64,000 nucleotides of DNA, from NCBI GenBank assembly GCA_031430115.1, contig JANPAV010000153.1:19880-83879 (forward strand), written 5' to 3'. The stretch is from Armatimonadota bacterium. GTDB lineage: Bacteria; Armatimonadota; Fimbriimonadia; Fimbriimonadales; Fimbriimonadaceae. The stretch's first letter is position 1, and every line of letters begins with the position of its first letter. The position numbers were made by a program, and so were the translations under genes. Positions 28,111-39,600 of this stretch are shown in pieces. Below the pieces are notes generated by a model. It was given only the letters and a program-made list of their open reading frames with translations. It was not told where the DNA came from and did no database searches.

Positions 28111-28989
28111 ATGAAAAAACGCGCATTTACACTCATCGAGCTTTTAACGGTGATGGCGATCATTGCTTTGCTGTCGGCGATTATTTTTCCAGTTTTTGCT
28201 CGAGTCAAACTGAACGCTCATAAGAGCGGAGATTTGTCAGCCATGAATTCAATTCGGTCGGCTGTTCAGCTTTATCGTGACGACCAAGGCGGCTATCCGC
28301 CTGCCTTGTTGGGTTATATTTCGCCTTACGATTACCAAAATGGCGTTACCGTTGTGCCTGCCGATTTGTATCGTGGTCCAATGTATCCCAAGCGCATCGA
28401 TTCCATTGATACTTTGAAAGGTTCCCTCAACCGTAGTGCCCGTGATTTAATGGTTCCTGCTGCCTGGCCGCAAATTGATAATCGAGCAGTCGGCTCAGCG
28501 CCAATTCTCGATCTTAACGCAGATGGCGTGATTTCTGCGGCTGACGATCTTGCACCGGCTCGACAATTGTATGGTTCTAGCTATACTGGAGCTCCCCAAT
28601 ACTTCTTGAACGATCCCGCAGCTTCACCAAACATTAATTCGTCACCATCTACGACCGATACGGTGGTTGGTCGATTCTATGCGGTTAGCGGCTATGACGT
28701 TGGTCCAGCAAAATATTCTTCTGGCGTGACTTACAACGAGTTGCACTACACGCTTTTCTGGTCTGACTTCGGAATCAATTCTGGATCTGCCCTGGATGAT
28801 CCTCGTCAGCTTGGTTATTCCGATCCACCTGACACGACGGTCGTTACTTGGAATACCTATTACCGTGACTACACAAACAATTTCTTAACCAATGGCGGAA
28901 GCAAGGATATGGTTCTCTTCCTCGGCGGTTCAGCCCGAGCGCTTGACTCAAAGCAGATGTCTGAGCGATCTTGGCGAATGATTCCCTAA
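28111..28989 (+). CDS. Type IV pilin-like protein (FimU/GspG-like position) with an EF-hand-like loop
   Basis: Class III signal MKKRA|FTLIELLTVMAIIALLSAIIFPVF with Glu5; DLNADGVISAAD loop. Alternative start at 28096. Confidence 0.85.
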   Translation: MKKRAFTLIELLTVMAIIALLSAIIFPVFARVKLNAHKSGDLSAMNSIRSAVQLYRDDQGGYPPALLGYISPYDYQNGVTVVPADLYRGPMYPKRIDSIDTLKGSLNRSARDLMVPAAWPQIDNRAVGSAPILDLNADGVISAADDLAPARQLYGSSYTGAPQYFLNDPAASPNINSSPSTTDTVVGRFYAVSGYDVGPAKYSSGVTYNELHYTLFWSDFGINSGSALDDPRQLGYSDPPDTTVVTWNTYYRDYTNNFLTNGGSKDMVLFLGGSARALDSKQMSERSWRMIP

Positions 28990-29007
28990 CAGTTAGGAGA
29001 AAGAACA

Positions 29008-31041
29008 ATGATCTTTCCAGCGCGTAAATTAAACCGGTTTGGCGGAACGACTCTCATCGAGATTCTGGTCGTCATCGTAGTCTTCTTAGTAGGAATTCTT
29101 GCTATCGCCCAGATTTTCCCTGGTGGTATCAAGATTCTCAATAAGGGAAGGAATAACTCGATCGCAATCGGGCTACTTCGATCTAATCAGGAGTTATTGA
29201 AATCTAGACCTGATGTTCTTCCGGGCGAAGTCGTTCCTATTCGAATGACTTTGGTTGGACCAATTTATGTGCCGGTTGAAGATCCGACTTGGCTCCCAAC
29301 CGAATATTCTCCAGCTGTTACGGCCATTCTTCCTAATGGAACGGCTTTAGAGGCTGGTAGAGCTTGGCAATTGGTTTCTGGCGCGAATACAACCAGAAGA
29401 ATTATTGGTGAGACTCACAAGATAACGGCTCCAAAGCTTTTGTCTCCTGATGGGACTTCGGTAACTGCTCCATTTGGTAGCCTTACCCTTTTGGAATTTG
29501 GTCCGATTGACCACATTGGTGGCGTTCCGCTTCCAAATCAACTAAGTGTTTACGGGCGAGACATGTATCGGCGCGTGGCAAAGATTGCCACTGACTACCA
29601 GGGAATGCGAGATTACGAATATGGCGTGATGAGTATGAATTCATCGGCCGCTGAGATCGCTTTTCCGGCAGCCGTTGCGGGGACTTACCGAGTCTCGATT
29701 ACCGCAAACATTATTAATGCTGGTTCCATCTTTACCCGTCGCCTTAACGGTGTTTCCGTTAATATCGCGGCGACGCCTGGTGGATACGCGGTTGTCCCGG
29801 TTAGCGATCCGTTGATTGGGATTTTGGGTCCAGGCGATAATTTGATTAGCGTTGAAGTTTATTCGCTCAAGATTGCCCACATGTTTACTCAATTGGCGCC
29901 AGCAACGGCATTCGATACAAACGATCTCTTTCAATACAAAGTTCTGAATGGTCGGGTTGGAGAGCTTTTGTTCAACCCTAAATTGTTTGGCAAATACGAA
30001 GAGAGGGCAGGTTCAACTCGACAACCCTATGTGGCCAGGATTGATTACGATGTCCGAGACTGGAGAATTCTTCATGAAGATTTCCGGGTAAGTACAAGTG
30101 CTCCCGCCGGTTTGCCGAAGGTGCTAAAGCTTGCTATTCCTTCACTTCGAACCAATTCAGTTCCTGGACCAGACGGTCTTTCGGCTCCATCTCATGCCGC
30201 AATAATTGCGGGATCTGATTCGCCAAATGCGGGAATGGAAGACGTATTTGTTGTCAACAACACAACAGTTCCTGGTGCAAACACCACTGACGCAGACAAT
30301 ATGTTGATTCTTGATCTTGCAACTGGTGGTCAGTTGCTAGAGCAATTCAGCGGTGCACCGACGATGAAGATTGACAAGTCTGGTGGCAATATCACCCTGT
30401 TTGATATTGATAACAATGACGCCAACGGATTGACTCAAGCGATCGCTACTCCAGATGGTTCAATAGTGTTGACCAATGTGACTGGTCGTGCTTTGCGAGC
30501 TTTCTATATGGCTCGCGAAGAATGGGCTCTCCAGGTAACTCGAAGTGCAGCTCACTATGATTTCACGTATGCAGCACCGGCTGCGGCTCAATACTACGTC
30601 GGAGGAACTGGTCCGCTCAACGGTCAACCTACTCGGATTTACTTCCCGGCAATGGATACCAACAGAAAGGTTTCAATTGGTAAGATTCGGTATCGAGATG
30701 GTGGTGGAACCGAGCGACTTTTGGAAGGTGCTGAGTTCCAAATTAAGTTCAGAACTGGAGTCGATTCGATTACTCAGCCAATGCCATCTATTGACTTGAG
30801 AGACATTGACGGCGGAGCAGTTAGTTTCGTTCAAGATACGACTAGTCCTTCTTCAATGGCCTTTTCGGTTGGCGATGTTCGAGGAGTCTCGGTTATCTCG
30901 AAAGCATTTTATAACAGCAGCGGTTTTACGTTCAGCCCGAATACGACCGACAACCTAACCAACAAATTTGGCAATTGGGCTAAAGAATGGGGCATCAGCT
31001 CCAGAGAAACTTACTTGCATCGAGGAGAAGCAATCCAATGA
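29008..31041 (+). CDS. Giant minor pilin, PilV/GspI-like leader, 677 aa
   Basis: RKLNRFGG|TTLIEILVVIVVFLVGILAIAQIF class III signal with Glu5, followed by a ~620-aa beta-rich region; AGGAG SD. Confidence 0.8.
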   Translation: MIFPARKLNRFGGTTLIEILVVIVVFLVGILAIAQIFPGGIKILNKGRNNSIAIGLLRSNQELLKSRPDVLPGEVVPIRMTLVGPIYVPVEDPTWLPTEYSPAVTAILPNGTALEAGRAWQLVSGANTTRRIIGETHKITAPKLLSPDGTSVTAPFGSLTLLEFGPIDHIGGVPLPNQLSVYGRDMYRRVAKIATDYQGMRDYEYGVMSMNSSAAEIAFPAAVAGTYRVSITANIINAGSIFTRRLNGVSVNIAATPGGYAVVPVSDPLIGILGPGDNLISVEVYSLKIAHMFTQLAPATAFDTNDLFQYKVLNGRVGELLFNPKLFGKYEERAGSTRQPYVARIDYDVRDWRILHEDFRVSTSAPAGLPKVLKLAIPSLRTNSVPGPDGLSAPSHAAIIAGSDSPNAGMEDVFVVNNTTVPGANTTDADNMLILDLATGGQLLEQFSGAPTMKIDKSGGNITLFDIDNNDANGLTQAIATPDGSIVLTNVTGRALRAFYMAREEWALQVTRSAAHYDFTYAAPAAAQYYVGGTGPLNGQPTRIYFPAMDTNRKVSIGKIRYRDGGGTERLLEGAEFQIKFRTGVDSITQPMPSIDLRDIDGGAVSFVQDTTSPSSMAFSVGDVRGVSVISKAFYNSSGFTFSPNTTDNLTNKFGNWAKEWGISSRETYLHRGEAIQ

Positions 31042-33335
31042 TTAACGGACGAAGATACGCCTTTACGCTCATTGAGCTCATAACGGTCATGGCGATAACC
31101 GCCATTCTCTTGACCATCATCACGGTTCCGATGGTCGAAACCTTTAAGGCGACTAGAACGGCACAAGCCTATTCGGATGCACAAGATAAGGCAAGGATTT
31201 TGACCGAACGACTTTCTCGAGAAATTGGAGAAGCAGCAGCAATTCGAGATGTTGAAGGACTTTCGGGTCGAGTCAGTGTGGTTTGTCCAAACCCAATAAA
31301 CGGAATTGATGATACTGGCGCGCTAGTAACTAGTCTTGGTGGCTTCGTCAAGATTGGAATGAATTACACCAAACTTGATATTGTTCTTCCGCAGAAAGTT
31401 GGGCAAAAGGGCGTCGGTGGTGGTTTCATCAATCCAGCAACCGGTAAGGAAGATCCGACGCTTCGTTCTGCTGCAGGGCAAGTGCAATTGCCACTTGCCC
31501 CTGGCACAACCATCAAGCGATATTGGATTGGTCTGGCCAATCCGTTCGCCAATTATAACAATCCTTACGACGGTCTGCTTATGGCAAGAGCCGGAGGACG
31601 AGACAATCTTTTCGTTCTTTATTCAGCCGAAGTTGAGCCGGTGAAGATGACTGAGGTTCCAGCCGGTAGCGGTAACTTCATTCCTCAAGTTAATACCGAC
31701 TTTTTTGATGCTGTTCCAGACGGAACCAATCGAAACCCAATCTACGATGATGCTGACTTCTTTCTGGCAACAGGTGCCGCCGCTGGTGCGCCGGTTAACA
31801 ATGATGCCAAAGCGATTCGAGTTCAGAATTGGAAGCGCGTAGCGAAGATTGAAACTGAAGTCACGCGCTACGACATGGTTCAGCCGCAGTTTGACAAAAC
31901 AAAGCGTTTGGTGAAGATGACCAACACCGGTGGTGTTTGGTCGCCTCGGATCACTCCTCTCGTTTTGTTCCGCCCATCCCACGTTGAGGGCGATGGTGCA
32001 GACGCTCAAGTTGCAGCATCCTTAGGCAACGAGTCTGAAGGATCCGATCAAATTGGATCAGAAGTTTTCCAAGGTCAATTCACGATGTGGAGCAACTTGA
32101 TGGTTCGCACCTATGGTGTGAACTGGCAGAGCACTGATCCATATCAGATTGCTCGAAGAGACCCGTCAAATCTCGCGATCTTCTTTGTTCAACCTGGCGT
32201 AACTGGATTGCCAGATACCCAACTTGGCACAGGAACCGAACTATTTGACATTACGGCGTACGAAGACGCGTTTAGGCGTCGAGGTTATGATGCCACAAGC
32301 CGCTATCCTTTTAGCGTTGGTCTTGATGCAGCTAATGTAGCGAGTGGCTGGTTAACATCGGCTAACCCGGTATTCCGCGCGAACTTTATGCCGTTCTCGA
32401 CGAATCCAGCAACTGGAAAGATCATCGCTAGCTTCAATATTGGTGAAGTTGGAAACTATACATTGAATCCAAATGCGGCTGCGAACTTGTTTAGCAACTT
32501 TGATCTCAATGATTTCAACTTGCCACAATCTCCTGCTCAAGGAACAGTTGCTTCGGGATGGACGAACACTGATACTTCATTCACGCCTTCCAATGATCCT
32601 GCTTTGGTAGCAGGAGTCTTTTCCAACGCGCCGTTCTGGGATGGGTCTTTCAATCGGTTTAATATTAACCGCGTCTTCAACAAGGTTTTGGCTGACGCAC
32701 AAGCCGGACGAAATGGTATCCCACCTCAATATGGTGAAACTGGTGGTGCTCATCGATTTGTTGATCTGAGAACTATTCCTCAAGGTGACGGAACCGCAAG
32801 CCCTCTCGGGCAATTTGGTCGAGCAAGAATCGTTCCCGGCAGTGAAGAAATATGGGGTCCTGATCAGAACCCTGGTTCCAACAATGGCTACGAAGTTCGA
32901 TATCATCGATCCAATCGAGAGCCAGGACCAAACCAATACCGAATCAACTATGCAGATTTGACTCCGCCAACTGCGGCTGGTTGGGCCGCACTAGGACTGC
33001 CAGTGCCTCCGGCAATTTATGACCGAACGAGCTTTGTTAGTGCGATCATTGAGCCACGGTACAAGGCAGGCTATGTTCAGCTGTGCTCTAGTCCAGACGT
33101 CCCAATTCCTGCAGTTATGAAATTACCGGGAACTATCAACCTTGTTCCAGGTCGAATACGTGTAGGGTACAAATTCCAATTCACAACTCCAGATGATGTT
33201 GTGCGGACTGAGTACGACACAAGACAGCTAATGCAGGTGATCATGACCATTCGAAACTACCCGCAAGCCGATATTCCATTCCCACAGACGGTTACGATGA
33301 AAGCAACCGCCAACGTACGCAACTTTATTAGGTAA
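31038..33335 (+). CDS. Giant minor pilin, PilW/GspJ-like leader, 765 aa
   Basis: MINGRRYA|FTLIELITVMAITAILLTII, then AQDKARILTERLSREIGEA (PilW-like alpha1); C-terminal TVTMKATANVRN. ATGA overlap with the previous gene and GAGGAG SD. Confidence 0.8.
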   Translation: MINGRRYAFTLIELITVMAITAILLTIITVPMVETFKATRTAQAYSDAQDKARILTERLSREIGEAAAIRDVEGLSGRVSVVCPNPINGIDDTGALVTSLGGFVKIGMNYTKLDIVLPQKVGQKGVGGGFINPATGKEDPTLRSAAGQVQLPLAPGTTIKRYWIGLANPFANYNNPYDGLLMARAGGRDNLFVLYSAEVEPVKMTEVPAGSGNFIPQVNTDFFDAVPDGTNRNPIYDDADFFLATGAAAGAPVNNDAKAIRVQNWKRVAKIETEVTRYDMVQPQFDKTKRLVKMTNTGGVWSPRITPLVLFRPSHVEGDGADAQVAASLGNESEGSDQIGSEVFQGQFTMWSNLMVRTYGVNWQSTDPYQIARRDPSNLAIFFVQPGVTGLPDTQLGTGTELFDITAYEDAFRRRGYDATSRYPFSVGLDAANVASGWLTSANPVFRANFMPFSTNPATGKIIASFNIGEVGNYTLNPNAAANLFSNFDLNDFNLPQSPAQGTVASGWTNTDTSFTPSNDPALVAGVFSNAPFWDGSFNRFNINRVFNKVLADAQAGRNGIPPQYGETGGAHRFVDLRTIPQGDGTASPLGQFGRARIVPGSEEIWGPDQNPGSNNGYEVRYHRSNREPGPNQYRINYADLTPPTAAGWAALGLPVPPAIYDRTSFVSAIIEPRYKAGYVQLCSSPDVPIPAVMKLPGTINLVPGRIRVGYKFQFTTPDDVVRTEYDTRQLMQVIMTIRNYPQADIPFPQTVTMKATANVRNFIR

Positions 33336-33341
33336 TCAGAG

Positions 33342-36300
33342 ATGAGAACGAGAAACCATAGTCGTCGACTTCAATACGGACAGACGCTTGTCATAGCGCT
33401 CCTGGTTCTATTCGTCCTATTGATTCTAGGTGCAGCTTTTGCTTCGATTTTAAGTCGAAACATTCGAGGAGCATCAGTGGCGAAGGGTCGTGGTATCAAT
33501 AATGACTTGGCTGAGTCCGGAGTTCGGTTTGCCCATGCTCAATTAGTGAATTCCACATTAGGCGCCGACTGGCGAGGGATTCCAACAACCTTGACTCAGG
33601 TCAGTCCCGACGTTACTCGCGATCCCGACGCATTCTATTTGCGACCACCGGCACGAACCGGTGCTGGCGCCCTTGCTTTTCCTGGTTCAGTCAGAGCCGA
33701 TGAGGGTGGTCCCGATGGATTGGGTCCTTTCTTCCGAATCGCTTACCGTGGCGGTCGAGCACTTGTTCGAGTTCGATATGCTCCGGGCGATCCAAGCATT
33801 TTCACCTCAACCGGTGTTGGTTACTTACGAGATCCTGGTCTGGCCCGTAATTTCTTAGTGATTGAATCAGTTGGACGTCAGGGTGAAGTGTTGCCAAACG
33901 ACCCGACGCTTAATAATGCGCGAAGCACCGTACAGTTCCAAAACTACGCTAACCAAGCTGGATTCAATGCCGCGCACGCAAAGATGAAGGAGTTTGATGC
34001 GAAGGAAATTTCGAGTCGAAAGCTCATCGCAATGGCTCAAATTGGGTTGATCGACTACGGTCGAATTGAATTCAATAAGTACAAAGCGACACGACCAATC
34101 GAAATTGGGCTTTCGCAAGACATTGTTAGGTACCGAGAGGCAGCCAATATCGAAGGAACACCAGTAAATGTTCCAACCCAGATGGGTGATGTTATTCCAA
34201 CCTACAATTTCACCCCAACTGGCGCCGGCGCTCTAGCCGGAGCATTTCCTAGCGGTGGATCTTTCCGCGCCAATGGAGATGTCCGTTTCTATGGCACAGT
34301 TACTGCGAACCTAAACCAAAGTTTTGGGGATGCGATTCTTGCTTCCGGCAGTTTCCAGCAGATGCCCAATTCTTCGCTCACGATTACAAAATCGAAGTGG
34401 GACAGAATCACTTCGACATGGCAGGTTTCACCCGCTACACCAATGGTATTGGATAGTTTGAATCCTGCGTTTAACACCTTGGAAGGAACATTCCGAGACG
34501 GTGTTAGTGGAACAGATGGTGCCAATTTTGTTCGAGGCGTTGGTTACATTGCATCGCCATCGATTGCAACAAATTCGGACAGTTCTGAAAGTGCTAATAC
34601 CAATCGGTACTTGTCGGCGACAAAGGATTCCGGGCGACTTGGTGCCGGCGGAAACAGCGGCATATTTGGTCACGGCGGAGGATTGTTTGTTGATAATAGT
34701 TCTGATTTTCAAGTTCCTGACGATGAATCTGGTCGACGAGCAAGTGGTGCCAATGCATCACTCGTCCAAGACTGGTTAGGCTCGTTTGGTGACTCGTCAG
34801 CAGATCCAACTTTCCGAACTGGGTGGCACGGTCCGTTCTATATTCCAGTTGGTGCGTACCTGCTTCTAACCAAGGATGGCTTTGTTATCCAACGAAACGC
34901 TCATCCAAGTCAAATTCCTACCGAAAGGACATGGAAGCGGGCTGATGGAGTTGATAGTGGTTTAACAACCATTCGTTACCGGGTTGGATATGGAACTGAC
35001 GCTCAGGTTCATATCATCAACACGTTGACGGCAGGGTTGTCTGCTTCAATCAATAATGCGCTCACTCCAGCTGATTTTAATCAAGGGCCTGTTTTCAACG
35101 GCATTCTTTACTTCGAAGGCAATGTTCGTGTTCGAGGAATCGTTCCGACAGACGTCCAGCTAACTGTCGTTTCAAACAAGACGGTTTACATTGAAGGCAG
35201 CATCTTGAAGGGTGTCGAAGCAAACGATGTGACATCTGCTTACCCAGGTGTTATTGCCAACAATCGATTGACCCGGGCTAGCAAGTCTTCAATCATGCTG
35301 ATGGCAAAGGACTACGTAACGTTGAACCCAACGATGTTCTTTGGTCCTTCAACTGAACGAAATGCTCAGGTAACTCAGGGCGGTTCTGGTGTTGGTGGAT
35401 ACAGTCCAGATACGCTGAATGCTCCGGACGGAATGACTACATTGAACTTCGACACCGGGCTGAGTCCGTTCGATCCAGCTGATCTGTCGGTCACGCTTCC
35501 ATTTTCTAGCCGGGTTCCAACAAACCTTACTTACAAGGAGTTTGATCCTGCAAATCCATTTGATCCAAATGGAACAGGCTTGTTCGTCAATACCGGATTG
35601 TTGCTAACGGAAGCCTTGGAATATACGAATCCAGGCCCAACCAATACTTTTTACGGATTGAACGTCAACCGAGGAAGTCAAATTCTTGGCGGCAACGAAC
35701 AGTACCAGTTTGAAGTTTTGAACTCGCCAACAAACTCGGCAAAGATCATTTGGGCTTCGATTAACAATCCTGCTCCTGCACCTTTGTTCGGAAACATCTA
35801 TGGACTTGGTACTGATGCATTCCAACAAGCACCGAAGTTTGAAACGGTAAATGTGCCTCTAATTTCGCCAGCGGCAACAACGCTGAGCATTGCTAACAAT
35901 CGTTTTACCAACACATTTAACACGAACAATTACGAAATGCTGATGCAAGGAAGTAACAGTCTTGAATTGTTCTTAACCCAATTTGGCACTCAAGCCAGTG
36001 GTAACTACCTGATGGCGAGGGCGGCAGCAGTTCCGATGGATATCAAGATCGAAGCTTCGATCTTTGCTGAAGAAGGTTCCTTCTTCGTTATTCCTGGCGA
36101 CTGGTTCAACATGAATCCGAACGATCGACGCGATGCATTTGAAGCAAGAGTTGCAACATTAGTGGGCGGCGGTTCTACGTTGATTCAGGCAAGAGACGCG
36201 GCTGCACAAGAGAGACTTACGAACTTTGGAGCTGTTTCTAGCGCTCCATTTTACGGCGAGCCAATTGATGTGAAAATAAATATTGTCGGCTCGGTTGCCG

Positions 36301-36680
36301 AGAATATGCCACCTGCGATCTCTACTCAATCTGAATGGTTGAAGAAGTGGGGATGGATGCCTACAAAGCAGGCTGGTGCTTACAACCCAGTAAATGGTGC
36401 GCCTAGGTTTATTCCGGTTAACCACGTATCACCATGGACAAAGGCAAATCCAGCGACAAGACCGTTCACTTCTAATTTGACCATTACCTACGATACAGCG
36501 TTGGCAACTGGTCGAGTTGGCGGCACCTTTGGTTTTGATGCAACTGCCGACGCTTCTAATCCTGCGAACGTTAACGCAATGATTCGAACGACACAACTTA
36601 ATGGAGTTACTTACCAATTGCCGCCGATGCCACGGCTGCCGGTGAGCCCAACTCTCGCATTCTTTGGAGAATCTAAGTAA
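33342..36680 (+). CDS. Giant minor pilin, PilX/GspK-like leader, 1112 aa
   Basis: RRLQYG|QTLVIALLVLFVLLILGAAF lacks Glu5, as PilX/GspK proteins do; LAESGVRFA and VIESVG are PilX N-domain-like motifs. Confidence 0.8.
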   Translation: MRTRNHSRRLQYGQTLVIALLVLFVLLILGAAFASILSRNIRGASVAKGRGINNDLAESGVRFAHAQLVNSTLGADWRGIPTTLTQVSPDVTRDPDAFYLRPPARTGAGALAFPGSVRADEGGPDGLGPFFRIAYRGGRALVRVRYAPGDPSIFTSTGVGYLRDPGLARNFLVIESVGRQGEVLPNDPTLNNARSTVQFQNYANQAGFNAAHAKMKEFDAKEISSRKLIAMAQIGLIDYGRIEFNKYKATRPIEIGLSQDIVRYREAANIEGTPVNVPTQMGDVIPTYNFTPTGAGALAGAFPSGGSFRANGDVRFYGTVTANLNQSFGDAILASGSFQQMPNSSLTITKSKWDRITSTWQVSPATPMVLDSLNPAFNTLEGTFRDGVSGTDGANFVRGVGYIASPSIATNSDSSESANTNRYLSATKDSGRLGAGGNSGIFGHGGGLFVDNSSDFQVPDDESGRRASGANASLVQDWLGSFGDSSADPTFRTGWHGPFYIPVGAYLLLTKDGFVIQRNAHPSQIPTERTWKRADGVDSGLTTIRYRVGYGTDAQVHIINTLTAGLSASINNALTPADFNQGPVFNGILYFEGNVRVRGIVPTDVQLTVVSNKTVYIEGSILKGVEANDVTSAYPGVIANNRLTRASKSSIMLMAKDYVTLNPTMFFGPSTERNAQVTQGGSGVGGYSPDTLNAPDGMTTLNFDTGLSPFDPADLSVTLPFSSRVPTNLTYKEFDPANPFDPNGTGLFVNTGLLLTEALEYTNPGPTNTFYGLNVNRGSQILGGNEQYQFEVLNSPTNSAKIIWASINNPAPAPLFGNIYGLGTDAFQQAPKFETVNVPLISPAATTLSIANNRFTNTFNTNNYEMLMQGSNSLELFLTQFGTQASGNYLMARAAAVPMDIKIEASIFAEEGSFFVIPGDWFNMNPNDRRDAFEARVATLVGGGSTLIQARDAAAQERLTNFGAVSSAPFYGEPIDVKINIVGSVAENMPPAISTQSEWLKKWGWMPTKQAGAYNPVNGAPRFIPVNHVSPWTKANPATRPFTSNLTITYDTALATGRVGGTFGFDATADASNPANVNAMIRTTQLNGVTYQLPPMPRLPVSPTLAFFGESK

Positions 36681-39600
36681 TGAAGAAACTACTGTCAATT
36701 ATCTGCCTTGCTGCAGCAACCGCCTTATCGGTTGCACAGCAAGGAAACGCGTTCCGAAAGGTTGATATTCGGGCCGCGTATTTGCATTTAAATGGGGACC
36801 ACCTTGCGACTGGCGTATCGCAATCCTTGACAGCACCGTTTGTTTGGTTCAATCTTGATTCTAATTTAAGCGTTAAGCCGGCGGGTTGGAATTTTTACAA
36901 CCCGTTAGCTCCAGGTTGGCTTGATGCAAGCGAAAGACCATTTTTCGCGGCTCGTTACGCGAATACGCCACCGGCACAAGCTCCAGTCAACAAGAGAACG
37001 GTCCGATATTGGTGGGTCAATGTTTCAGAACTAACTGACAATGATTTCTCCCAACTTGATGTGGCAGTACTTCAAGTTACGACTCCGAATTTGTCGGTCA
37101 ATCCTTCTGATCGAGAGAAGCTGAGAAGATTTGTCGACAAAGGTGGCGTCCTATGGATCGATTATACGTATGGATGGTTAGATCAGAGCCAAGGCGGTCC
37201 AATATCTCACCGTGTCTATGTTCCTGGTTTGCCACTAACCACTTCGCAAGCCGATTATACAAATCCGTTGCTTAGGTACCCATCATCGCTCACTACGAAT
37301 GAAGTAGGCGTGATCACCATCGGGCCACAATACACAACGCAGCCGACCAATCTTTTTAACATGGCCTCAAGTGACCTCTCAACTGAGGGTGCTTTGCCTG
37401 TAGAGCCATTGATGTACAACATCGTTGGCAACAATGGAGAATACGGCAGGCTCAAATTTGTGACCGGAGCTGGAACTGGTTTGCCACCATCTACTGCTTA
37501 CTCGAAAATCGGAGATGGCTACATGATCATCACGACTCGAGGGGTAAGTGAAGGTTTGAACCGAGTAGGTTCTAGCCTCAATAGAGAGTATTATGCGGCG
37601 GATCCTGCAGGTCAAACCGGTGGAAATTCAGCAGCAACTTTCTATGCCAATACGGTTGCTAAGTTTGTTGTCAATGCCGTTTCTCTTTCCGTTCAGTCCA
37701 CTCAAACGGGATCTGGATCGCGAAAGAACTACAGTGCCTTCATCGATACCGGTGCTCCACTTTTGCAGACTTGGGCTGCGTCATATGCCACTTCGCTTGG
37801 CACGTCAGTCGTAAGTACAAGCCCTAAAGAGTTTCGACCGCCAGTCATTTATAAAGGAATGACTTTCTCGGTTTCGGACGACCAGGTTTTTTGTCACGAC
37901 GGAAATCCAAAGTCAGATGCCGATCGAGACGGAAATATTGATGACGGATTCCCAGACTTTAATTTAGGCAAAGAAGAGGATCTAATATTTGCGACTGCAC
38001 CTGTGGCTGGTGGGATATCCAGCGCTGTTTGCGTCGAAGTTGCCAACCCTGCCGGTGGAGTTCCCCAAGATCAACTCATGGTAACGACCAGTGATGGTCG
38101 GCTCCTAATTTATCCGATCTTCGATCCGTTCAATCGTAGATGCCCAGCTACTGAGGTTTTGGCTCCAATTGCGGCGCTATCTCCTGGTCTCGGTGGTGCA
38201 GGTGCGCTTGCTCCTGGTGAGGTTCCAAAGGCACCAACCGTGCACGAAGGTATTGCTTATGTAGTTGACACCGTCAATGCCGCGGGTTCATTCATTGGTC
38301 GCGTATGGCAAGTCAATCTCAAAACCCTCCAAGTTGTTCGATCCAATTCTGCCGGCGGAAATGCTTTCGTTTTTGGTGGAACTGGTAACGCAATTCAAAG
38401 AATTTCTAGCTCGCCAACTGTCGGTTATATTCCGATCCTTGATAACTCAGGCGGAATGGACAGAGTAATGTATCTTCCGCTCAAGGAACAAGGTCTTCCA
38501 AGTATCGCCAATGCTGGAATGATGAGTGTTTGGGTCGGAGCAAAGGGCGAACGACCAATTTCTGTAACTTCAGCTCCAGGTATTGTGACGATTACTACCA
38601 GGGCAGGAAATCAGGGAGGATTACCGATCTACATGGGTACTTCCGGCGATCCGTTAGCTGTTCGTATTTCACTGGTTCGAAAAACAGATGGTTCTGTCTA
38701 CACCGCGGCTCAAATGGCGGCGCTGTTTAGTGGCGGAATTGCAGAATCTCAAGGAACATTGACCCTAAGCCTGGCTCCACTAGCAGTATGGCCACCGGTT
38801 GACGTAGATCCTGACAATGGAGTCCGAGTTGACTACACGATTGACTGGGGTGCAGCATTCCCGACCTTTAGCGCTTCAATTGAGCGGGGAAGATTAAATT
38901 TCCCGACACCAAACGCAACTCAGCGAAGCATTGTTGATGGTCTTGCATTGTCGCCATCTGGAACGGTTTATGTCACATCAAGTACCCAAAACCTTACGCC
39001 AGCATTTGCCGATGTCAATAACTACTTAGGATCCTTCTTTGCAATTCGAGAAGAAGGAAGAGGAATTTTCCGAATGGTTTACCGATGGGATCTGTATCCT
39101 CAACATACGGTAACCCTTGGTGGAGTGACCAGAACTTATCCAAGTTCAATTCCAGACAATGACCCTATCCAAAGCTTGAATGTTGGTGGCTTTAGCCTTG
39201 CTCCATTCCTCGGCGGAGGATTCAGATCAGCCTGTTTCCAGGGTGCGCCAGTAGTTCGAAATGGCGACGTATTTGTGACAGCGAGCGGCAGCAAAGCCGG
39301 TTCTCCTGCTTCTGCGTTGCTTTGCTTCAAGGACGACTCGAGTGCTCGTGAAATTCGATTTGGACGAGAGATTAGCTCCCAGGCAACTATTGTTCAGCCA
39401 GATTTCGCAAGATCTCCGGATCCAACAAGGCCAACGACCTTTAGTGTCTTGAGCCCAAGCTCGTTCCGAATCGAAAAGGAACCTGGCGATGTTGGTTCAA
39501 CCATCCGGATCGACAACATGATGAACACCCAACGTTCTCAGATTACGGATAGCATCAGTGCAAGTCAGCCAATCATTTTGAAGGAGCAAGGCAAGCCCGA

